Of a stretch of DNA of 64,000 bases, positions 36,328-45,855 are shown in pieces. Source of the DNA: an uncultured Alphaproteobacteria bacterium (GTDB lineage: Bacteria; Pseudomonadota; Alphaproteobacteria; CAAHEQ01; UBA3637); the NCBI GenBank assembly GCA_937888725.1, contig CALARE010000005.1:2884-66883 (forward strand), read 5' to 3'. A program made the translations under genes and the position numbers. The notes beneath the pieces were generated by a model, which was not told where the DNA came from, did no database searches, and saw only the letters and a program-made list of their open reading frames with translations. Positions within the stretch are counted from its first letter, which is position 1, and each line of letters opens with the position of its first letter.

Positions 36328-37380
36328 TTATTTAATTTCTCTTGATTTAAATTTATCCACATCAGGAGAGAATAAAAATCCATCAAACCAAAGTTTTTTA
36401 TCTTTCCAATAATCATTATTAGGTTGACTATCTACATAGCGTTTAAATTTTAACAATTCGGAATAAAATTTATATTTGCGTTCTGTTGTTAAGTGATTCC
36501 ATCTCGTTGGAATATTAGAAATATAAGCATTACTAACAGCTGTTGCTTTTTCATCATGTTGTGGGAACAAATGTGTCCTATCCCAGATATATTCACAAAT
36601 TCGCACAAATGAGTCAAAATGTTTGCTTTTGTCAGATGTAACAGCTTTCGCATGTAAGCGTTTATAGTATAAAATGTTTGGAATGGCTGAAATTTTTGCC
36701 TCTGCGAAAATGGTGTGCAAAAAGAAAATATCATCTTCGAACAATGTACGAGCTGGAAAGTCAATTTTATTTTTTTGGATAAATTCACGCCGATAAATCT
36801 GTTTGCCCGACGTGACAGGATAAGTTAAAATATCACTAACTGTTAATCTGTTAATTGAATAGATGCTATTTGGTGAAAGTTCAAGAGGATAGGGTAATCT
36901 GTCATATGGGTTTAATCCTAAAAAAGTTCCATTCGCAGAAACCATAGAGGTATAAAAAGAGACCATGTCTAACTCTGTATCCTTTGTTTTTTTATAAAGA
37001 GCTGAAAGAGCTTTTTTATCAATCCAATCATCTGCATCAACAAACCAAAAATATTTTCCTTTAGCAAGTTGCATCGCCTTATTGCGTGAAAGAGAAAGCC
37101 CCATATTCTTATGCTCAATAATTGTGATTTTAGGATGATTTTGATATTTTTTCAAAATCTCAGAGGTGTTATCTGTTGAACCATCATTAACGATAATCAA
37201 TTCATAATTTTTAAAGGTAGAATTTAAAACAGACTCAACTGTTTGTTCCAAAAAATGCCCATAGTTATAAGAGCAAACAATAATTGAAAAATAGGGCTTT
37301 TTCAAAAAATAATATGTGGAAACACAGCAAGTAATAGCTACAATGAATATTGAAATAGTACGGAACAATTTTATTGACAT
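36328..37380 (-). CDS. Family 2 glycosyltransferase
   Basis: FSIIVCSYNYGHFLEQTVESVLNSTFKNYELIIVNDGSTDNT and a DADD (DxD) motif at FWFVDADDWI. Preceded by an N-terminal TM helix. Confidence 0.8.
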   Translation of the reverse strand: MSIKLFRTISIFIVAITCCVSTYYFLKKPYFSIIVCSYNYGHFLEQTVESVLNSTFKNYELIIVNDGSTDNTSEILKKYQNHPKITIIEHKNMGLSLSRNKAMQLAKGKYFWFVDADDWIDKKALSALYKKTKDTELDMVSFYTSMVSANGTFLGLNPYDRLPYPLELSPNSIYSINRLTVSDILTYPVTSGKQIYRREFIQKNKIDFPARTLFEDDIFFLHTIFAEAKISAIPNILYYKRLHAKAVTSDKSKHFDSFVRICEYIWDRTHLFPQHDEKATAVSNAYISNIPTRWNHLTTERKYKFYSELLKFKRYVDSQPNNDYWKDKKLWFDGFLFSPDVDKFKSREIK

Positions 37381-37521
37381 ATAACTCCTCTTTTTTATGG
37401 TATATCTTTAATCTTTTAACTTAAAAGAGAATAAAAAGCAATGATATTTTATGTTTTAAAATGGTGAGTTGTAAAAAATGGGAATTGATTTTATTTTTCA
37501 ACTCATTATTCAAAATAAAAA

Positions 37522-37791
37522 GTGTGCAAAAAAAGGGGCGTTTTTTGCATGGGGGATAATGATGCGGTATCCACGAACAACGCTAAAGGAATTAAAAAGG
37601 CGTTATGCACTTATTTTGAAAAAATGTTTTCTTTTGAAAGCGAGCAAATTGATAAGTTTGGTATTGAAATTGGAGCTCGTATGGGACTCGATTTGAATAG
37701 AAAAACGGAGCTATCTCTTGAATATAAAGGTGTATTTAAAGGAGATTATACAAATCACACAGGTTTAGCTACTGTAAAGTATAAATTCTAG
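37522..37791 (+). pseudogene. Remnant of an autotransporter/OMP beta-barrel C-terminus
   Basis: The last ~45 aa, FGIEIGARMGLDLNRKTELSLEYKGVFKGDYTNHTGLATVKYKF, mirror the terminal strands of the autotransporter in this window (...ELELKYDYDFSSSMTGHTINMGYKYLF). There is no signal peptide or passenger, and the upstream sequence is in other frames. Confidence 0.4.
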
Positions 37792-37826
37792 AAAAATACA
37801 TTGTTTTTTTATTTATAAATCAATTT

Positions 37827-38048
37827 TTAAAAGTTGGAAAAGTTTTCTTCATCAAATGAAAACATAAGTTCATCAAAAGAGGGATTAGAGGGCGTTGTAT
37901 TTTTTTGATTTTTTAGGATAAAATCTTGTCGATTACCAAGAATTTTTGCATATTTAGAAAGTAAAGAATGCTCATACTGTCGTATTTCAGGCGAATCTGA
38001 AATACGTGTTAAAGAGGATAACAAATTGTTTGTTTTTTCTTCATTCAT
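37827..38048 (-). CDS. Hypothetical protein
   Basis: 73-aa ORF with no recognisable motif. Confidence 0.3.
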   Translation of the reverse strand: MNEEKTNNLLSSLTRISDSPEIRQYEHSLLSKYAKILGNRQDFILKNQKNTTPSNPSFDELMFSFDEENFSNF

Positions 38049-38188
38049 ATTGATATCCTTTAAAACGCTTACCTTCTAATGATATCAAAAACGAATCTGT
38101 TTGTCAATAATGTTGGTAATTGAGATGTTTATTTTTTCTTGAAAATTTTGCATCTTATTGTATGAGGGGCAGAGAAAGGAGTGATAAA

Positions 38189-38386
38189 ATGATTTTACTT
38201 TTTTTAAGATTTGTAATTATCATATATTTGTTGGGATTATTTATGTTGTTGTTTATGAAATTATCTCATGCAAGTAAGAAAAATAAAGGGATTTCATCGC
38301 TTTTTTTATTTCCTCTTTTGGTTTGTACTAAAAAGGGGCGAAAGGCATTGGCTGAAGAAATTAAAAATACGGGAGATAAGGAATGA
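38189..38386 (+). CDS. Small membrane protein overlapping the start of the SPFH gene
   Basis: ATG at 38189 preceded by AAGGAG. TM ILLFLRFVIIIYLLGLFMLLF. The stop overlaps the next start by 4 nt. Confidence 0.45.
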   Translation: MILLFLRFVIIIYLLGLFMLLFMKLSHASKKNKGISSLFLFPLLVCTKKGRKALAEEIKNTGDKE

Positions 38387-39165
38387 CAAATTTAATTAAG
38401 ATAAGTATTGGATTAATTGCGGTGGCGGTTTTTGTTGTTGCGTTTACATGTGTAAAGCAAATTGATGCGGGGTATAGAGGTATCAAAACTGTATGGGGTA
38501 AGGTGATTGGTGAAAGTTTATCCGAAGACCTTTATTTTTACAATGCCATTAGTTCAGAAATTTATGCAATGGACTGCAAAACACGCAAAGCAACGGTAAA
38601 AACAAACGCTTATACAAAGGATGTTCAACAATCAACAGTTCAAGTTGCTGTGAATTACAATCTAAATCCTGCCTTTGCACATGTTATGTTTAAAGAAGTG
38701 GGGCAAGATTATGAACAAAAGATTTTGTACCCCAAAATTATTTCCGTGATTAAAGATACTTTTGGTGGATGGGAAGCAGATAAATTAATTGCAAATCGTG
38801 AAACGGCGATACAATCAATTTTTGAAAAATTACAAGCAGTGATGGTGCCTGATCATATTGATGTAACGGGTGTTGCACTTGAAAATATTGATTTTTCGGA
38901 TCAATATGAACGTGCGATTGAAGAAAAACAAATTGCAACGCAAAATGCCATCAAAGCAATGAATAAAACAAAACAAATTGAGGAGGAGGCTAAGCAAAAA
39001 GTTTTGACAGCTCAAGCGGCAGCAGAAAGTATGCGTATTCGGTCACAGGCAATTAGTCAAAATCAAAATTTGATTCAATATGAGGCAGTTCAACGCTGGG
39101 ATGGTAAATTACCTGTGAATATGTATGGTTCAGCGCCGATTCCATTTATTAATGCACTAAAATAA
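38383..39165 (+). CDS. SPFH/band 7 (prohibitin-like) family protein
   Basis: N-terminal anchor, then IDAGYRGIKTVWGKV ... typical of SPFH domains, with a C-terminal coiled coil. Confidence 0.8.
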   Translation: MTNLIKISIGLIAVAVFVVAFTCVKQIDAGYRGIKTVWGKVIGESLSEDLYFYNAISSEIYAMDCKTRKATVKTNAYTKDVQQSTVQVAVNYNLNPAFAHVMFKEVGQDYEQKILYPKIISVIKDTFGGWEADKLIANRETAIQSIFEKLQAVMVPDHIDVTGVALENIDFSDQYERAIEEKQIATQNAIKAMNKTKQIEEEAKQKVLTAQAAAESMRIRSQAISQNQNLIQYEAVQRWDGKLPVNMYGSAPIPFINALK

Positions 39166-39197
39166 AAATCATTTATTATTCTAATAAATAATTTTAT

Positions 39198-39231
39198 AAA
39201 AAACGTTGTTTTTAGAAACAGCGTTTTTTTA
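39198..39231 (+). terminator. Rho-independent terminator
   Basis: AAACGTTGTTT-ttag-AAACAGCGTTT (one G-U pair) followed by T7. Confidence 0.5.
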
Positions 39232-39322
39232 TGCTTTATTTTTTGTTTAAAATATGCTATAACCCTCTCAAAGCATACTCTTTTTTGTGTGTATAAGTTA
39301 AAATAAAATTAAAAGGTGCCTT

Positions 39323-40414
39323 ATGGAACAAAAAATAAATCAAATGCGTGAAGAAATAATAAGTGCGATTCAAAGTGCTGATACATTGATTGTGCTTGAT
39401 GAAATACGAGTTAAAACATTGGGTAAAAGTGGTTCAATTACAGCTCAGATGAAAGAACTGGGTGCTTTGCCTGTTGAAGAAAGAAAAACGGCAGGTCAGT
39501 TGCTTAATGTTTTTAAAACAGAAATTGCTGGGGCAATTGAGGTTAAAAAAGCTGAATTGGAAGAAAAAGAACTTAATGAACGTTTAAAATCTGAAATGGT
39601 TGATGTGACACTTCCTGTCAGACCTCAGGTAAATATGGGCCGTATTCACCCTGTTTCTCAAGTGATGGAAGAAATGCTTTCCATTTTTGCACAAATGGGG
39701 TTTGATTTGGCCGAAGGACCAGATATTGAAGATGACTTCCATAATTTTGAAGCTTTGAATATTCCGCCATCACACCCTGCTCGTCAAATGCAAGCAACTT
39801 TCTTTATGGAAAATACGGTTGATAAAGTTTTAAGAACACAAACATCAGGGGTTCAAATCCGTACAATGGAAAATAAAAAGCCTCCTATCAAAATTGTGGC
39901 TCCTGGGCGGACATATCGTAGGGATTATGATATGACTCATACGCCAATGTTCCATCAAATTGAAGGGCTTGTGATTGATACAGAAACAAACCTTGCACAT
40001 CTTAAAACCACATTGGTTGAGTTTATGAAACTCTTTTTTGAAACAGATGATGTCGCACTTCGTTTTAGACCTTCATATTTCCCATTCACAGAGCCATCGT
40101 ATGAGGCTGATGTTGGTTGTTCACGTGAAAATGGTGAATTTAAAATTAAATCAGGTGCTGGTTGGTGTGAGTTACTTGGTTGCGGTATGGTGCATCCAAA
40201 TGTGCTTAAAAATTGTGGGCTAGATCCTGATGTTTATCAAGGTTTTGCCTTTGGGTGCGGGATTGATAGATTTGCAATGTTAAAGTACGGAATTCCCGAT
40301 TTAAGAAGTTTCTTTGATGCTGATATGAGATGGATTAAGCATTATGGTTTCTTACCACTTGATATGCCAACAAATACAAGTGGTTTAAGTTTGAATGGAG
40401 GATTAAAACGATGA
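39323..40414 (+). CDS. pheS: Phenylalanine--tRNA ligase alpha subunit
   Basis: HPVSQV, class II synthetase motifs (FRPSYFPFTEPS, GFAFGCGIDRFAML). Confidence 0.95.
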   Translation: MEQKINQMREEIISAIQSADTLIVLDEIRVKTLGKSGSITAQMKELGALPVEERKTAGQLLNVFKTEIAGAIEVKKAELEEKELNERLKSEMVDVTLPVRPQVNMGRIHPVSQVMEEMLSIFAQMGFDLAEGPDIEDDFHNFEALNIPPSHPARQMQATFFMENTVDKVLRTQTSGVQIRTMENKKPPIKIVAPGRTYRRDYDMTHTPMFHQIEGLVIDTETNLAHLKTTLVEFMKLFFETDDVALRFRPSYFPFTEPSYEADVGCSRENGEFKIKSGAGWCELLGCGMVHPNVLKNCGLDPDVYQGFAFGCGIDRFAMLKYGIPDLRSFFDADMRWIKHYGFLPLDMPTNTSGLSLNGGLKR

Positions 40415-42771
40415 AAGTTTCATTAACAGCATTAAAAAGATATTTTGATACAACAGCATCTGTGCAAGAAATTTCTGATAAGTTGACATCTATTGGTTTA
40501 GAGGTTGAAGAAGTTGTGGATAAGGGTGCTGATTTAGAAGGGTTTATTATTGGTGAAATTAAAGCAGTTGAAAATCACCCCAATGCGGATAAACTCCATA
40601 TTTTACGTGTTTCAACTGGGGATGAAATGATCCAAGTCGTATGTGGCGCACCCAATGTTTATGAAGGGATGAAATCCATTTTGGCTCGACCTGGGGTCAT
40701 GATTCCATCTTATGGCGAACGTTTGGAAAAAGGCGTTATCCGTGGTGTTGAAAGTATGGGTATGATGTGTTCTGAAAAAGAACTTAATCTTGGGACAGAT
40801 CATTCTGGAATCATTGATTTGAAAACAGATTTGCCAGCTGGGACACCAGCAAGTGAGGTTTTCCCATCCGATGTTATTTTTGATGTGAATGTAACACCAA
40901 ATCGAGGCGATTGCTTTGGCGTGAAAGGAATTGCAAGAGATTTAAATGCAACAGGAATTGGTACGCTGATTGAACAAAATGTTGAGCCTGTTAAAGGAAG
41001 TTTCAAATCTCCAATTCAAATTCATATGCAAGATGAAAATTGCCCAGAGTTTGTTGGCCGTTATATTCGCAATGTTAAAAATGGTCAAAGCCCAAAATGG
41101 ATGCAAGATTTCTTAATTTCAATGGGTTTAAGACCAATTTCAGCTTTGGTTGACATCACAAATTATATGAATATTGCAGAATGTAGACCGCTTCATGTTT
41201 TTGACGCTGATAAATTGACGGGTGATATTTATGTCCGCTCAGCTAAAGAAGGTGAAAAACTTAAGGCCCTAGATGAAAAAGAATATACACTGCAAGACGG
41301 AATGACGGTTATCGCTGATGCTCAAAAGGCACAAAGTATTGCAGGTATTATGGGTGGAGAGGAAACGGGATGTACTGAAAATACAGTCAATGTCTTTTTA
41401 GAAGCAGCCTATTTTAACCCTATTTCAATTGCGTCAACAGGGCGTATTTTAAATGCTGAATCTGATTCAAGAACACGTTTTGAGCGGGGGATTGATCCTC
41501 TTTCTCAAATTGAGGCAAATGAAAAAGCAACGAGACTTATTTTAGATATTTGTGGTGGTGAAGCATCTGAGATTATTATAGCAGGAAACGGTGTGACGAA
41601 CAAAAATATCATCGATTTCGATTTTAATGAAGTAAAACGTTTATGTGGTTTTGATGTTTCAAGAGAAAAATCAGTTGAAATATTAGAAAAACTTGGTTTT
41701 AAAGTTGATGGTAATCGAATTGAAGTTCCTTCATGGCGGTCAAATGATGTTAAATTAAAAGCTGATATTGTGGAAGAAATTGTCCGCATTTATGGGCTTG
41801 ATGAATTACCTAATTCACCATTAAGACCAACCAATTTAACAACAAGTATTTTGTTGCCACATCAAAAGCGTGAGGTTGCTATTCGAAGATCACTTGCTAA
41901 CCGTGGGTTAAATCAAGCAATTACATGGTCCTTTATGGATTCGAAATTAGCCAAACATTTTGATTCAAAAGGGATTAAAATTGCGAATCCAATCGCATCA
42001 GATTTAGATGAAATGCGTCCATCATTGATACCTAATTTGCTCTCTGCGGTTAAACGTAATCAAGATAGAGGGATAAAGGATGTTCAATTATTCGAAGTTG
42101 GACCAGAGTTTTATTCGACTGTACCAAATGAACAACGCATGGTTGCGGCAGGTGTGCGGGCTGGTAATTTTTATCCACGTCATTTCTTGGCCGAACAAAG
42201 GGGTGTTGATGTTTTTGATGCGAAAGCTGATGCATTGGATGCACTTGCTTCAATTGATGCACCACAAAATTTACAAATTGCAAGGAAAGCCCCTTCTTGG
42301 TATCATCCAGGGCGTTCTGGGTCAGTTGTACTTGGTAAAAATGTGATTGCTCATTTTGGTGAAATTCATCCAGCAATATTAAAAGTATTTGATATTAAAA
42401 CGCCTGTATCAGCATTTGAGGTTTATATGGATAATGTGCCACAACCTCGTCAAAAAACAAAAGCTCAAAAACTGTTAAAAATGTCTAATTTAATGCCATT
42501 AACACGTGATTTTGCTTTTGTGGCAGATAAGGGGGTTGAGGCATCTAAAATTATGTCTGTTATTGCTAATGTGGATAAAGAAAAAATTACGAATGTGGCG
42601 ATTTTTGATATTTATGAAGGGGATAAGCTCCCGCAAGATAAGAAATCGCTTGCCATTCAGGTAACAATTTCTCCAATGGATAAAACAATGACAGATAAAG
42701 AAATTGAAATTTTAAGTGTTCAAATTATTAATGCTGTTCAAAAAGCAACAGGAGCAGAACTAAGAGCTTAA
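40411..42771 (+). CDS. pheT: Phenylalanine--tRNA ligase beta subunit
   Basis: 786 aa. tRNA-binding domain with HPNADKL. B3/4, B5 and C-terminal FDX-ACB-like regions. ATGA overlap with pheS. Confidence 0.95.
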   Translation: MKVSLTALKRYFDTTASVQEISDKLTSIGLEVEEVVDKGADLEGFIIGEIKAVENHPNADKLHILRVSTGDEMIQVVCGAPNVYEGMKSILARPGVMIPSYGERLEKGVIRGVESMGMMCSEKELNLGTDHSGIIDLKTDLPAGTPASEVFPSDVIFDVNVTPNRGDCFGVKGIARDLNATGIGTLIEQNVEPVKGSFKSPIQIHMQDENCPEFVGRYIRNVKNGQSPKWMQDFLISMGLRPISALVDITNYMNIAECRPLHVFDADKLTGDIYVRSAKEGEKLKALDEKEYTLQDGMTVIADAQKAQSIAGIMGGEETGCTENTVNVFLEAAYFNPISIASTGRILNAESDSRTRFERGIDPLSQIEANEKATRLILDICGGEASEIIIAGNGVTNKNIIDFDFNEVKRLCGFDVSREKSVEILEKLGFKVDGNRIEVPSWRSNDVKLKADIVEEIVRIYGLDELPNSPLRPTNLTTSILLPHQKREVAIRRSLANRGLNQAITWSFMDSKLAKHFDSKGIKIANPIASDLDEMRPSLIPNLLSAVKRNQDRGIKDVQLFEVGPEFYSTVPNEQRMVAAGVRAGNFYPRHFLAEQRGVDVFDAKADALDALASIDAPQNLQIARKAPSWYHPGRSGSVVLGKNVIAHFGEIHPAILKVFDIKTPVSAFEVYMDNVPQPRQKTKAQKLLKMSNLMPLTRDFAFVADKGVEASKIMSVIANVDKEKITNVAIFDIYEGDKLPQDKKSLAIQVTISPMDKTMTDKEIEILSVQIINAVQKATGAELRA

Positions 42772-42789
42772 AATTAATTTTCTTAAAAG

Positions 42790-42822
42790 AAAAAACGGGC
42801 AATTTTATTGCTCGTTTTTTTG
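42790..42822 (+). terminator. Rho-independent terminator after pheT
   Basis: AACGGGCAAT-ttt-ATTGCTCGTT followed by T7. Confidence 0.55.
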
Positions 42823-42957
42823 TGAAAGATTTATGAAGGAATCATTTCAAAAATATTAAAAAAATAAAAAATATTACATAAAGATCTTTTTATTTGAAAT
42901 TTTTATAACTATATTTTAAAAGCGATTATTATACAACTATTACATAGGAGAATCATA

Positions 42958-43341
42958 ATGAAAAAATTAGTTTATACATCCCTTTTTGCAATGAGTGTTG
43001 CTTTTTCAGGTATTGCGATGGCAGGCTTTCACGCTGATACACCAACGCCAGCTGTAAAAGGTGGTTTTAAAGGTCCAACTACAGGAATAACAACAGTTGC
43101 TGAAGCTTTGAAAGCAAAGGATGATTCGCTTGTTGTTTTAACAGGGAAAATTGAAAAAGAAACAGGTAAAGAAAAATATCTTTTTCGTGATTCAACAGGA
43201 GCAATAATAGTTGAAATTGATAATGATGATTGGCATGGTCAAGACGTAACACCAAATGATACGGTAGTTATCCATGGTGAAGTTGATAAGGAAATTTTGC
43301 ATGCTCCTGAAATTGATGTAGATAAGATTATCAAACAATAA
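42958..43341 (+). CDS. YgiW/YdeI-family periplasmic OB-fold (BOF) stress protein
   Basis: Signal peptide, then GGFKGPTTGITTVAEALKAKDDSLVVLTGKIEKETGKEKYLFRDSTGAIIVEIDNDDW, a close match to the YgiW pattern. Confidence 0.8.
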   Translation: MKKLVYTSLFAMSVAFSGIAMAGFHADTPTPAVKGGFKGPTTGITTVAEALKAKDDSLVVLTGKIEKETGKEKYLFRDSTGAIIVEIDNDDWHGQDVTPNDTVVIHGEVDKEILHAPEIDVDKIIKQ

Positions 43342-43481
43342 TAATTAAAAAACATTAAAACGAACTGTTCTTAAAAAATTGGACAGAACGAAAAGCCTCT
43401 TGAAGATTGAAGTAGCAATATTCGAGAGGCTTTTATATAATAAAAAAAGAAATACCAGTTTAATTTGAAACAGTTTTTAGC

Positions 43482-43510
43482 TTGACAAAAAATGTTTTTT
43501 GTTGTAATAT
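43482..43510 (+). promoter_or_regulatory. Near-consensus sigma-70 promoter of the orphan operon
   Basis: TTGACA (43482-43487), a 17-nt spacer, then TAATAT (43505-43510). A GGGAG RBS precedes the ATG at 43542. Confidence 0.5.
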
Positions 43511-43541
43511 CTAAAAATATAGACAAATATCGGGAGTGTGA

Positions 43542-44348
43542 ATGAATAACGAAGATAACATCGAAAAATTTATAAATTATATTAAATATATACAAAGAAA
43601 TTTTTGTTCTGAATCTATTTCAAAAAAGTTTTTGGATTCTCCATTTTCTAAAAAGTTGAAAGAATATTCTGTGAAAGATAAAGAAAGATGTTGCATAAAA
43701 TTTGTTGAATATTTATTTCTTTTTATTCGGCGTGAATGTCCGAGTTATTATAAGCACTTGCGGATAAATAGTTTCTATCTTGATGAAAAAAAAATAAAAA
43801 ATATGTTGTTGTTGCTGAAAAAACATATTGGAGATAAATCCGAAACATTTACTGAGGCTGTTGACCTTTTCAATGGGTATATATCTTCTGATAATATAAT
43901 TTCAAAAAAAGCGATTTTAGATTGTGTTCGATCCTTTTACCCAAAGGATAAAAAACCTTCTAGATGTGCTGATTTTATTGTGTTAAATGAAATGAATAAG
44001 CGGATGAATTATATATTGACTTCTAGCGAGTTAAAAGATGTGTTGTATACTTTAAATTCTGAGTGCTTTTTTTCTGAACAAGATCTCTTATGTGATAAAA
44101 GCTCTTGTTCATATAATATACCAAATGAAAAATATTCTTTTTTAATAGTAAAAAATGGAATTTTTAATTTTTTGTATAAAAGGAAAAAACAGACTGATAC
44201 TAAAATGGGCGTATGTTCTTTTTCGGATAAAACATTTGCTTCTTTTTATGCAGAGCTTAAGAAAAATCATATTGAACTAAGTGGTGAACAATCAGATACA
44301 CCATTTTTAAAGGTGCATTTATCCAGTATAAAAGATAATCAAAGATAA
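43542..44348 (+). CDS. Hypothetical protein (orphan island gene A)
   Basis: 268 aa, rich in Cys, Lys and Asn. I recognise no motif. Confidence 0.5.
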   Translation: MNNEDNIEKFINYIKYIQRNFCSESISKKFLDSPFSKKLKEYSVKDKERCCIKFVEYLFLFIRRECPSYYKHLRINSFYLDEKKIKNMLLLLKKHIGDKSETFTEAVDLFNGYISSDNIISKKAILDCVRSFYPKDKKPSRCADFIVLNEMNKRMNYILTSSELKDVLYTLNSECFFSEQDLLCDKSSCSYNIPNEKYSFLIVKNGIFNFLYKRKKQTDTKMGVCSFSDKTFASFYAELKKNHIELSGEQSDTPFLKVHLSSIKDNQR

Positions 44349-44355
44349 ATTTTTT

Positions 44356-45762
44356 ATGGATTTTCTAATGGATAAAAAAAAGAACAAAACTTTAAAATCA
44401 ATCGAAACAATTAATCAACAGCCTATTTTCTTTTTAGTATCCAAGGGTGATCTTGAGATTGTTAATGACTGTATTGTGACTGCGGGCTCCAGTTTGAGTG
44501 AGCGGATTGATGATATTTTAAAAATCAGAAAATTAGTGCTTGGTAATGATGGTAAAGAATATGTTTTTTTAGATTCTTCAGGAAACTCAATTTCTCCTTT
44601 GAATCCACATATGAAAACATCAATTGTACTTTGCCCAGATGGACAGCGTATTGGAACTGCAAAACGGGTTGTTTTTCGTGTGGATACACAAAGCGATCCA
44701 CATGCTAGTTTTATTGCTTTTCTTGAGTCTTTTGAACAGCATTTAGGGAGTATGGCGTATAAAAGTGCTTATGGTGATCAAAAACCAGTTGAATGGCGTA
44801 ATTTGTTAGAAAAAGAATATATTGCTATTCAATTAGAAGGGGATTTTATTCCATTAAAGGAAAGACAAAAAATAAAAGATGACACGCCTGAAGGTGTTTT
44901 TTTTACTTTGCAGAGTGAGTACAATTCTTGTGATAATGCCACCATTGTTGAAACAAAAATTTCGGTAGCTGAAAATTTTGCAAATTTAACACAGTTAAAT
45001 GAAGAAATTTTTGATGAAATTATTGGGATTGCTAACTTCGAAGAATTGGATAGATATTTTGAAAAATTTTCTTCTTTCACATATGAAAATAAATGCACAT
45101 TTTATGAGTGGATTGATGAGTGGGTTGATAAAAATGCGGAAATTCCTATTTTGGATAAGGTTGTTTATCTTTGTTGGCGTGGATTTAATGCAGATGCAGA
45201 TATTAAAACAAAAAAAAATCAGTTAAACAGGTATCATTTTTTAAATAAGGAATCTCTGCAACAAGAGTTGAGAACTTTGCGAAGTGAACAGATTTCAAAA
45301 AATAAAATATATACGTTATTTAATGCTCTTTTGACTGTTGTTAACTCAGTCCAAGAAAAAGATACTTGTGATGAAGATGAAAAAAATGCAAATCAGTTTT
45401 ATGCTATTCTTGAGGTGAAAGATTCTTATGCTAAAAATACGCTATTATCAGAAGATGCAAATAAAAAATTAACAAAACAATTGCTTCATTTTTTATTAAA
45501 AAACGGATTTGTTGTGCGTTCTCAGGGAGATATAGTACGAAGCCTTTGTGTTGTTGCTTGTCTTGCAAGTGATGCGAATACAGAAAATGTCAGTAAATGT
45601 TATCAAAATATTGCATCTGAAGTTCAAAAAACTTATCCTAGTTCTGACGAGTTGCAAAGAATTGTGGTGAGAAATTCAAATACAGAAATAGGTGTGGTGA
45701 GAAAGTTAGATGTAGAAATAGGTTCACTTTTGAAACAGTTTTTACAAAAATTTAGATCATAA
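44356..45762 (+). CDS. Hypothetical protein (orphan island gene B)
   Basis: 468 aa, starting 7 bp after gene A. No P-loop, nuclease or HTH motif recognised. Confidence 0.5.
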   Translation: MDFLMDKKKNKTLKSIETINQQPIFFLVSKGDLEIVNDCIVTAGSSLSERIDDILKIRKLVLGNDGKEYVFLDSSGNSISPLNPHMKTSIVLCPDGQRIGTAKRVVFRVDTQSDPHASFIAFLESFEQHLGSMAYKSAYGDQKPVEWRNLLEKEYIAIQLEGDFIPLKERQKIKDDTPEGVFFTLQSEYNSCDNATIVETKISVAENFANLTQLNEEIFDEIIGIANFEELDRYFEKFSSFTYENKCTFYEWIDEWVDKNAEIPILDKVVYLCWRGFNADADIKTKKNQLNRYHFLNKESLQQELRTLRSEQISKNKIYTLFNALLTVVNSVQEKDTCDEDEKNANQFYAILEVKDSYAKNTLLSEDANKKLTKQLLHFLLKNGFVVRSQGDIVRSLCVVACLASDANTENVSKCYQNIASEVQKTYPSSDELQRIVVRNSNTEIGVVRKLDVEIGSLLKQFLQKFRS

Positions 45763-45855
45763 TTCAACATGCTCTTTTTTTAGGATTTTTGAAACATTTT
45801 TTCTGTTGTCAAAATCTTTAAAGAATGTTATCCTATATATAGGAGGGGATATATT

